A stretch of 62,231 nucleotides of DNA, filler included, from Rhabdomonas costata (lineage: Eukaryota), in the NCBI GenBank assembly GCA_019059605.1. It is 31 parts of 31 records of this genome, joined end to end, with 100 filler letters (N's around TTAATTAATTAA, not from the genome) between each part and the next. Parts side by side here need not be neighbours in the genome. Positions count along the whole stretch, not along the records: positions 24,150 to 26,061 come from JAHMHO010007470.1; positions 26,162 to 28,073 come from JAHMHO010007471.1; positions 28,174 to 30,069 come from JAHMHO010007472.1; positions 30,170 to 32,081 come from JAHMHO010007473.1; positions 32,182 to 34,084 come from JAHMHO010007474.1; positions 34,185 to 36,095 come from JAHMHO010007475.1; 25 more parts are not named here. One strand, written 5' to 3'. Numbering within the stretch: position 1 is the first letter of the stretch; every line of letters starts with the position of its first letter. The position numbers were made by a program, and so were the translations under genes. A model generated the notes under the pieces. The model ran no database searches, was not told the origin of the DNA, and was given only the letters and a program-made list of their open reading frames with translations. Shown piece by piece: positions 24,778 through 34,741 of the stretch.

Positions 24778-25920
24778 GTGCAGCAGCTTCTGGCTGTGGC
24801 GCCCCTGGTGCAGCTGTCCGTGGTCAATGTGGTGAGCTTGAGGTTCTTCGAGACGGACCGGCCTGGCCTAGGCCTTAGCGTGGTGACGAAGCCTGTGACC
24901 CTTGGGAAGCTGGCGAAGGCCCTGGACGCGCTGCACCCGAAGTGCTTTGGGGACCTCCTGCCGGCCTCTTCCGGCAGCCGCAGCCTGGGCATTTCTGCGA
25001 GCACGGTCAGCGTGCTGGTCGTCGATGACATTGGTCTGAGCAGCTGCACTTTTGTGTCCGTTGAGAACCCCTTTTAACCGCCTTTTCTCAAGATGGACAA
25101 AGTTAGAAGGTCGACTTCATGTTTCTTCGGCCTGGTGATGCCCCGATATTTCACCTCAGACCGAGGCTCACATGTCAGAGGCTCGTTGGTGTATTTAAAT
25201 GAAGGGAAGGGCAGTCCTGTCGTGAGACACACATGGGTGTTAGCAGTTCTCAGTAACAAATGCTTTGCACGCTCACAAATGCAAGAGGGAGGGGTCGAGA
25301 TTCATCGGGGCCAAACATGGCTGATCAGTATAATATTCATCTGCAGAGATGATGGTATCGTGACTCTCCATCTCTCCATCACCCCCACTCTTCTGTCGTG
25401 AGAGCATGTTAAATGAACTGGAGCCTGTGAGTGTGTGCGCGCCTTGGTATGGTTGCGCGGATTTCACATCACCTCTGATTTTTTCTGGAATTCCTGAATT
25501 CCTGGTGTTCCGCTGCCCCCTCTTTGTCTTCTTTTGATCCGTTCTCTCTCTCTATCGCAGAGCTTAACCGCCGCGTCATTCTGCTGAAGCTGGCGCAGAT
25601 GGGTATCACTGAGGTGCGGGCCGTGAGCGGGGGCGTGGAGGCCCTTCGAGCGGCTCGCTCCGCCGTTACCCCCTTCGACTTAGTTCTGATGGACGTATGA
25701 CCGGGGAGAGGGGCAGATAGGGGCACATCGTTTGACACAGGGTTCGCTTTTTTTTTGGAAAGCAACTGTGCAGCTTTTTCTGCCAAGTATCATGGTCTCC
25801 TAGCACAACGCTCAGTCCGTTCCTGTAACTGTGTTGTTTGCAACTCGGCCAAGAGCGGTGGCCAGTGCCCAGTTCAGAACCGACATGCTAAAATTTGCAG
25901 GTGATGATGCCGGAAATGGA
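24778..25920 (+). CDS. Response-regulator receiver region of a probable hybrid histidine kinase (exons 24778-25033, 25561-25694, 25901-25920)
   Basis: Spliced product ...VVTKPVTLGKL...VSVLVVDDIELNRRVILLKLAQMG...GGVEAL...FDLVLMDVMMPEM; acidic pair and phospho-acceptor Asp intact; GT-AG junctions in frame. Confidence 0.88.
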
Positions 25921-26214
25921 GTCCAACCACGGCCCCGGGGGCCCCGGTGGGTTGGCGGGCCCTGGCGGATTGCTCCCTCCCCTGCTGCGCCTGGTCCTGG
26001 TCCCCGTCGCCCTGTGGGCCCTCTCCCGTCGCGCCCGCAACCGCCTCCTCCACGCCCACCCNNNNNNNNNNNNNNNNNNNNNNNNNNNNNNNNNNNNNNN
26101 NNNNNTTAATTAATTAANNNNNNNNNNNNNNNNNNNNNNNNNNNNNNNNNNNNNNNNNNNNTGTTTTGTGTTTTTAATAACCGGGAATGGATTTTCGGTC
26201 GTGGGTGCTTCAAG

Positions 26215-26385
26215 GGACTGCGTGAGTATGTCGCTGGGGATCTGGAGAAGGCAGAGCAGGCCTTTTTGCGCGCCGCCATGCTGTCCCCGGAGGACGGCCC
26301 CACGAAGCTGCTGCTGCAGCTGTGCCAGGAAGGAAAGAAGCCTGGCGTGCGATGGGACGGTGTCATCCATTTTGAGCACAAGTGA
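26215..26385 (+). CDS. Terminal exon resembling the C-terminal tail of class III adenylate/guanylate cyclases
   Basis: Absent from the ORF track. caag| GLREYVAGDLEKAEQAFLRAAMLSPEDGPTKLLLQLCQEGKKPGVRWDGVIHFEHK* matches the GL..Y..gdw..A...F......P.DgP......C......WdGv.....K tail. Confidence 0.75.
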   Translation, partial: GLREYVAGDLEKAEQAFLRAAMLSPEDGPTKLLLQLCQEGKKPGVRWDGVIHFEHK

Positions 26386-28173
26386 AGGGGTAGCCTGCTC
26401 CCAATACCTTTGTTTCCTTGCAGTGTCTTTCCGTTCTTTCTTTGTTTATCTTTTCTGTGAAACGTCGTGGGTGCTGTTGTAAACCCTCCATTGCGTGGGA
26501 CAAGAAGCGGCACGAAAGGGATACCAAAGAGCCGCCCAAAGGGCACCACATCCGGCCGAGGGTGAAAGTTCAGAAAATTCTGACTCCAAAGACCGGTCAC
26601 GCAGCGTTTCGGGAGGCCTGTTGTATAAAAAAGACCCCAGGCCTGCCTCGGCTTAGCCCTCTGTGTCTTGCTGTGTCTTCAAAAAAACTTTTCTGTGATA
26701 TGTTGGACGGTCCCCCCCCCCTTTCCTGTCTCCGCTGCCTGCACAGCTTGAACAAAGCACTGGGTTTGGGCAGCTGCGGCTTTTGTTTTGTTTCCTGCAC
26801 TTCGGAATTTTTATTTTCTTCATTGGGCCGTGGGTGAACCCATCTGTTTCCCTCGTTTGCGAGGAAAATTCTGCCGTTAGTGCGCCCACCCACTGTCACA
26901 ATTTGATTTGCTACTTTGTGCGACTCTGGTTTATGGAACCGTGGCCATGTGGCCAGTGAGCGTTGTGACTCCGTTGACGATGAACGGCGCAACAGATGGA
27001 AATCATGCCCGTTCATTTTTTGAACGCAGGTCCACAGGTAATAAAGGCATGCAGATGCTCACCATTATTTTCGGTGTTTTGTGGTTCTAATGTTGAAGGT
27101 TGATGGCATTGACACATGGGACGGAACAATTTGAAGGTAAACGGTAGAACTAATTTTGATGTATGTTCGCAAATCACTGTTTTGATTCGCATTATAAGTG
27201 TTGCCAGTCATGAACAAAACATTATAAGGGAGTTTAAAATTCATGGAACCGTCTTGAACTTCTGATTTGACCTCTGATTCCTTACCAGGTGTCCTATTTT
27301 TAAAATGAGGTAATTTATTTTGGAATAACTCACGGAAAGAACACTGTTTTGTGTCTGTTATGGGGTGGGTGGTGCAGCGGGAGATGTGGGAGAAAATTTC
27401 TGGACACTGACCTGGGGTTCACGCATTTGCGTGATTAAATATAGAGAGTTTTGGCAGGAAGTGGTTGGTGGAGAAATAGACAGAGACCTGTGGTAAAAAA
27501 AAAGACGAGGTTACGGGCACCGCAGGACTGCCTCCACGTGTCCGCCACGCTGGGAGGAGGATTGCCATCGTTGCCTAAATAGTTAAGGTTCGGGAATAGC
27601 CTTTTTGCACTTTTTATTCCGAAATTAAATTGCCTCATTTTAAATGTGATACCTGGTTTGAATGGCGGCATTGCAGGGTTATGACCCGTTCGCTACCATT
27701 CCCGCCTCTGCTCTCTTTTTGTAGTGTCTTGCCATCTGCTTCCTTTCTCCCTCTTTTTTCTTCCTTCCTTCATTTCTTATTTTACTTTTGCTTTTACCTT
27801 TACCTTTACTTCCTGTATTGTAACACTTCCCTCTGTATTTTTAAGTATCTCTGTTCCCCCCTTTGTGATTATTTTCCTGTGCGTGCACGAACCTCCGCTT
27901 GCCGCTTGCGGCGTAAAGTCTTCGGTAGCATTTCTACCTGCGTCTGCATCAACCTGTGAGCGGGGGATGTTGCCCGCTGCGGATTCCTTGGGCAGCTTCA
28001 GCCTTCCTGCCCGGACGGCCAGCCTGTTTTCGGCGGTGTGCAGCCCACAGATGGGGCCCCGGGACCTCAGGGANNNNNNNNNNNNNNNNNNNNNNNNNNN
28101 NNNNNNNNNNNNNNNNNTTAATTAATTAANNNNNNNNNNNNNNNNNNNNNNNNNNNNNNNNNNNNNNNNNNNN

Positions 28174-30069
28174 TGAGTCTCTGAGTTCAGTGTATGTGTG
28201 GGTATCTTGGGTCTTGGGTGTAGAAGTGGTAGTTTATGAGTAGGTCCAGGTGATGGCGTCTTGGAGTGCATCGTATCTTGGAATCTTGTGGTGTGGAGTT
28301 AGGGGTCAGGGTTTGGAATTTAGCGTCGGTATTTGGTTTCGGTTTTTGCATTCGGGTTCGTTTTTCGGTCTTCTTGTTTCCATGGGAGGTGTTGTATGGG
28401 GCTGGGTTTACGCGCATTGATTTGAGTACGAAAGGAACGCAACTGGTTGACCACTGGAACACTGGACTGGTGTCTTAGGCCCCGCTGGGAGCACACCAAG
28501 TGATGTGTGGTTAAGCCAGCTGATGGAAAGAGTCACCCTTAGCATCTTAGAGTACAGCGCTAAAGGCCACACTTAACCACTTCAACCCCAAGAGAGGAGT
28601 TCTTCGTGGCTTCGACATGACGGAGTATTGCTAATGGTTGTGTGAGCGAAACCGTGAAGCGGTGCAGCGATCCGGCATGAGTTGTAAGTGTAGGGTTAGT
28701 GGTTGAGAGAGTGTACCGGCTTATGCCTGGTAGTATTCATGTTCATGTTCCTCTCCTGGTCGCTGCGTCACTCCCTCCGCGATGCTCCGGTCGTTCCTTG
28801 CTCCTAGTCGACATTCACTTTTGTCACTGCGTTCCTCGTATTCATGTGTCCATTTCTTTAGATCACGTTGATGGTTCACACTTGACATTCGCGTTGTTCG
28901 TGTCTCCTGCTCACTCTTTTTGACGTCACATTCGCTACGCTCATGTTACTCTATCCACATGTACACTCACTGCGTTCGTGCTCCTTCAAGTCGCTGCGCT
29001 TCGCTCCGCCACTCTCCTTTCTTTTGATCACGTGTCGACTCTCAACATTCGCTGCGCTCATGTTTCGTGTCTCCTGTATTTAGAATGGTTGTATTCTGTC
29101 ACTCGTCGCTGCGCTCCTTCGTTCCTTGTAGTGGTATTCATGATGTCGGCATGTACTCCACTGCTTTACGGCCATTCCTCCTACTATCACCACTCATACT
29201 CTCTACGGTAGTGTTTGTGGGGCCCCTTGGTGTATGCTGGTCGTATACTCGTCACTACGTTCCTCGTATACTCCCTAAATGTGATTGTTCGTATGCTCCA
29301 CCGCTTACGCATACTCACTCTATACACCAAGACTCACTCGGTACCCTCTTGATTCTTGGGGGTAATGAGAGATGCATGCTACCCCTGCCGGGGGCTCTGG
29401 CGGTGTATGCTGGTCGTATACTCCATAAGAGTGATGATTCCATGCGCTCCACCGCCATAGGGCGCGTACGCGCATGCCACCTACCACATGCACGGGTGCA
29501 TGCAGGACCACCAGATACACCCAAGACCCACTCCCTATGGTCGTGATTCTTGGGAAATAAATGTTTGGATCTCCGGTGGTGCATGGCTTCCGTTGGGTCT
29601 TGTGTTGCTGCCTGTGTTGGGTTCCATGTTGGTGTTGCTTGCGGTATGTTTGGTGTTGCAGTGGGTTCATAGTGGTGTGGCTTCATGTGCTGTGATGGGT
29701 CGTGGGTGCGGGTATTTGGATATGAGGTTAGCCTTTGAGTTCGTGCGTAGGGGTTGGACAAGGATGGTGTGGTGCTTTGGATCAGGTGGGTTGGATATGT
29801 GGTAGTTTTGGATGCCAGGGCTAATTGCACGGTTGTGGTGGTGTGACTAGGGGAGCGGTTGATAGCTGGTACAGGGCAGTTTGGTGGTGGCTCGGTGTGG
29901 TATGTCCGTGGGGTGATGTGGGCGCAGTGGTCGGAGGTGCCTTGGGGGCTAGAGTTCTGTGTAGAAACAAGGCGTATGACACGCTTTCAAAATCTTTGGG
30001 CTGTGGTTGGTGGGCCATGTCGGTGGGTGGAGCGATGGGTTCGGCGAAGTACATCCAACCCCACCACAA
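28174..30069 (-). mobile_element. Unclassified strand-skewed element, copy B: C/A-rich ORF-like flanks around a hairpin-rich spacer (28470-29480)
   Basis: G+T skew on +; at least 7 TCGCTNCGCTC / TCACTNCGTTC-type motifs; 22-bp direct repeat at 29229 and 29402. Confidence 0.5.
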
Positions 30070-30171
30070 NNNNNNNNNNNNNNNNNNNNNNNNNNNNNNN
30101 NNNNNNNNNNNNNTTAATTAATTAANNNNNNNNNNNNNNNNNNNNNNNNNNNNNNNNNNNNNNNNNNNNTG

Positions 30172-30273
30172 AGGGGTCATTGCGGGCCGGTGTGGGGGTG
30201 CGCGGTGGCAGGGGAGCTGCTGCTGAGCTGCGGCTCGGACGGCACGCTGCGGACGTGGCTGCTGCCTCCGTAA
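30172..30273 (+). CDS. WD40 repeat fragment
   Basis: RGHCGPVWGCAVAGELLLSCGSDGTLRTW; ends at TAA, or splices at the overlapping gtaagt donor. Confidence 0.8.
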   Translation, partial: RGHCGPVWGCAVAGELLLSCGSDGTLRTWLLPP

Positions 30274-32294
30274 GTTAAGGGGTTGTGGCAGAATTCTCTT
30301 TTTATCTCTCTCTCTGGTGGAACTCGACTGATGTAGCTGTGCAAGTTGAAATGATCTCGGTAACACATTAGCAGGCTCCGCCTGGAATTGCGATTTTTTG
30401 CAATTGCATAAATCGCAAAAAAAAAAAAAGCTGTGCAAACTCAATTCGTTGTAATGTGTTCAGAACCTGTGTCCTCCGGAATCTTCGAGGCAAGGGAGGG
30501 TAGAGTGGGTGCCACCCGCTGCCTTGGGAGCCGAAGTGCATTCGCTCCCTACCACATCCACGTCGTGGGCACACATACACGCATCCACCAACACCATCAA
30601 AAAGCACACATATACACACAGGTTTTCTTTTTCTTCATCAATCGGAATGTGACAAAGATGACTACTCTCATGTTGTTTTTGGCAGAGGCGGAAAGCGGGT
30701 CACATCATTCGATGTCCTCTGAAATTGATACGCAGAAGTTGACACACACGTACACACAAATTGCGTTTTGCTGGGTTTTCTTGGTTGGAGGGGAGGTTTA
30801 TTTAGGTGCCTTCCCCTTTCCTTCTCTTGGGAGGAAACATTCGCAGGGAAGGGGGAGGGGACGTTTGCGGGGTTGTGCTTCCCCTTTCAAGTGAGAAGGT
30901 TTACATTTTGCGGTGGATTCGGTGCCACACAGTGCCCGGAATGCATTATACATCTTTTTCACTTTATCACTGTGCATTTTCTGGCTCATTTCCTGCCGCC
31001 TTCGCCCAACCTCGCGAGAGAGACACGTTCTCTTGCTGACTTTACAGTGATTTCTCGTTCTGGAATGACTGAACGTCGGCGGCAGTGTTCGCCTTTTCTT
31101 TTTCGGTGCACCCTGACGTCTCCCACTCGCAAGATGTGCTACCTTTATGCCCGATTCCCGATTCTGCCGTGTGCGTCGGTTTATGGGTGTGCATGCCAGT
31201 GCCACATACACCAACGTGTGTGAGTGAGAATTTTACTTTGTCTCCATGAGTTAAGATTTTTCGTTGGGTTCTGCGGGTTTTTGGTCGACAATGATCGTCG
31301 GCGAGACAAATGAGAGCGACAGTGTGCTTGTGGATTTTTCAGAGTTGGCAGGTTTTCTTTTCATTTTTTGTTTTTGATGTTTTTATTGTGGGTGGGGTGG
31401 AGCTTTGAGCGCCCGGCCTGTGGAAACCATGCAAATCACTGCACGCCCTTTAGGGGCTCGGAGGAGGGAGGGGGTGAGGATCAGCGGAAGTCTACCATAC
31501 TGGCAGCTACATGCTGTGTGAACTTGATTTCTGTCTCGGATCAGAGGTGGGCTCAAGGAAAGGTCTTGCCGTTGTGCTGCTGCGCAGCTCTCGGGGGGTT
31601 TCTCGCCGGACTGCCAGACTTTTTTTTGAGGGGGGGTAAGGAGAGAAAATATTTTAGCTGGATTATTCTTGCGATGACTTCAGGGAAACTCACATAAGTT
31701 GACACGGACTCTAACTTCTCCAATCTGCAGCCTGGATTTAAAGTGTTAGGGGTGTTAAGTTTTATTACGACCCCCGTTGATATGGCCAATAAGGAGGACA
31801 AACGTTCAGAAGAACTGGAACTTAAAACATAGCGGAGACGCAGGCAAGGCACCGGCACTTTAAAAATGTACAAGAACAAACACGCAATTTTGAGATAAAA
31901 CTGTCAAGGTTCCCCCTCGATTGAAATTGGGTGAGAGGATACAATCCATATCCTATTCCCTATCGCACGGAAGCAACACCGAATGAGGAACATGGCTGGA
32001 ACGACTCGTCCACTTACGAATGGAGATTTGATTGTCACCAACACACCCACTAACAAAACGTCCCGCCAGACAGGATGCGATNNNNNNNNNNNNNNNNNNN
32101 NNNNNNNNNNNNNNNNNNNNNNNNNTTAATTAATTAANNNNNNNNNNNNNNNNNNNNNNNNNNNNNNNNNNNNNNNNNNNNGTGTTGGTGTTTTTGGGGT
32201 GTTTTGTCAAGGTGAAAGCCCCTAGCAGGTTGGCTGTGACGGAAAGACGCGGTGTGTGTGTGGGGCACCACATGTCAATAACCACTCTGTTTAG

Positions 32295-33795
32295 GTGGGG
32301 GCAGAAGGTCTTGCCGTGGTGGCTGAGCTGCTGCAGAAAAACAGCTGCCCAGGGCTGAAGACCTTGGACCTCTCTGAGGCAGGCATCGGTAATGTTCTTT
32401 TTCATTTCCTTATCCTTTGACTTGTTTCAGACTTTTTTCGGTTTGTTTCACACCTTGTCACCTTTCGGTGCCAATGAACACGGGTGAGAATGTGCACGCT
32501 CACCACTTATGTCAAGGCACCAAGTATCTGAGATAGTCCTTTTTTCAGACGACCATGTTGCGTTGATGCTCGCGACGATGCTGCAGACCAACAAAAGCCT
32601 CAGAAGCCTCATTCTGCGCAAAAACAAGGTGCAATGCCACTGACTGTTCTCAGTGCATTTCATCAGTTTCCATTTTACTTGAAACGAATTCTACAGTGTG
32701 TGGTGCATTTTTGAATACCCCGCTTCCCCTTTTTTCTACTACTGGCTTTTCGCTTCTGATGGCGTCCTCTCAGATTGCGACTGCCGGGGAGGCCTTCGTT
32801 CGCGCGCTAAGCTACAACAACCACACATTGACCCAGCTGGACCTCTCTGGGAATCCTGTTCCTATGGCAGATCTGCGGGACATTGACCTCCTCACTCGCT
32901 TGAATGCCCGTATATGCACACCCGAAATGCCCGTTATTTTCGGCTGCTTCCGTGCCGTTTCGCGGTCCTCCCCCTGTTCGCTCCGGCCGGTCACTTTTTT
33001 GTTGGCAGGATTTGTGCAGGATTTGTGTTGAAAAGGGCAATTATAAACGTGAAAGGGAGGTAATGTATGCAGCGGTAGGTATACAGATGTTGTGCCATGA
33101 ATTCCTGCATTTGTCATTGGGGGGGAGGGGTCTTTCAAAAGCATAAAGGGGGTCACCCCGGAAATGCGGCTAATTCATTGTTCATCGCACCAGTTTTCAG
33201 CCGGTTCGACCCTTCTCTCCACCTTTGTCTTTTTGCACACAGCGATATAAAATCATAAAATTGGCAAACTCTCATACTGCCCAAGTGACACACGTCACCC
33301 CGGAGTTAGTGGTCCCCCCCCTCGCTAACGGAGTCCTGTTCGACGCATCTTCCCTGCCCTGGGGCTGTGACGGTGACTGCGAACGCAGGGTTGCGGTCCA
33401 GGTTCAGCTTGAGCTGTGGCATCTGCGCGCCTGTGTGGCTGTTTGTAGACTTCACGTGGCACTTCAAGCCGTGTCGACCAAGCAGGGTCCACTTTGAAAC
33501 TTTCTTGCATGGTGGAGCGGATGAGGTTTGTGTTGCTGTTGTTAGAGACTCTTTTTTTCCCCACCGCTCATGATTGCAGAGGCCGAGCACGTCAAGAAGT
33601 ACGTGCTGGAGCTCTTCGCGAACTGCCCCAGGCTGACCTCCTTGGCGCTGAATGACTCGCAGCCTTCAGGGCTGGCGCAGTACAAGTACTCCCACCGCCA
33701 CGACGACTCCACGGTGGGCCTGCTGTGCGAAGCTCTCCGGCAGAACACTGCGCTGACCTCTCTGAACCTCTCTGCGAACCGAGTTACAGACCTGG
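32295..33795 (+). CDS. Ribonuclease-inhibitor-like LRR protein (exons 32295-32388, 32549-32628, 32774-32909, 33580-33795)
   Basis: Four phase-compatible GT-AG exons: LKTLDLSEAGI, NKSLRSLILRKNKI, NHTLTQLDLSGN, NTALTSLNLSANRVTD. Confidence 0.9.
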
Positions 33796-34615
33796 GTACT
33801 GACCAGCGCTTGCGCATACTCCCCCAAGCCGCGAGTACCTCGGCGTTCTCCTCTCCCTCCACCGCGAATTATTCGGTGGCAGTGGCAGTCCTTGCGGCAC
33901 AATGAAATAATGAGCAGAGTGGTCAGGTGCACCCGTATCCCGACATGAGGCTGAGGTCTGGGAGGGTAGGTAGGGGGGTAGTGGAGGGGGGTAGTCGGGA
34001 TGCACCTGGTACCCCCCTGGACCTCTTCCCTACCCCCTTGCGGCCATCTAGGGTACCAGGGGGGTATGGAGGCCCCACAACCACNNNNNNNNNNNNNNNN
34101 NNNNNNNNNNNNNNNNNNNNNNNNNNNNTTAATTAATTAANNNNNNNNNNNNNNNNNNNNNNNNNNNNNNNNNNNNNNNNNNNNTTGTTTTGGTAATGTG
34201 AGTGCTCATCTTGGTACGGTTCGAGCCACGGGCCTTCGTGATTGGGTCCCAATTTTCGAACATACTGGCTTGTGTATGGTAAATTCTAGTTCCAGTTGGG
34301 CCTGCTTTGCACCTTAAAGGCTGCAGCTAATCTCTGCATCACCAAGAAATGGTGACATCTTCCGGGCAGGCTCGGACCAGGCTGAGGCATACAGATTTAT
34401 ACACACACGGCTGGCAAAGAAATCGACTGGAGGGGCGACGCTTATGCTTCACCGTTGACACGCCAGTGGATAATGCCGGGGTCGTCCGGAGAGGAGGAAA
34501 CCCCCTCACAATGAGAGTATCGAGATCGGCTCTCTCTGCCAGAGGGTGGACGTGCGAGCGTTTGGGTTACTAGAGGTTGTCGGGTACAAAAAAGTTTCAG
34601 GCGGAGAGCAAGTAC

Positions 34616-34741
34616 CTTGATGCGGTAGGGGCTCAGCAGGACCTCTAGGTCGGCATGCGTCACCCCCAGGGGCAGATTGGTGAGCAGCACGCTGGCTCTG
34701 GGCAGCGCCGCCACAAGGCGCACCAACGCCCGAGAAAACAT
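34616..34741 (-). CDS. First exon of a probable mitochondrion-targeted RRM protein
   Basis: MFSRALVRLVAALPRA (presequence-like) then SVLLTNLPLGVTHADLEVLLSPY (RNP2 plus helix); |gtactt donor. Confidence 0.6.

Noticed and set aside
34195-34240. tRNA from the GGTTCGAGCC B-box-like word
   Set aside because: No cloverleaf can be built, and the site is at a truncated contig start.
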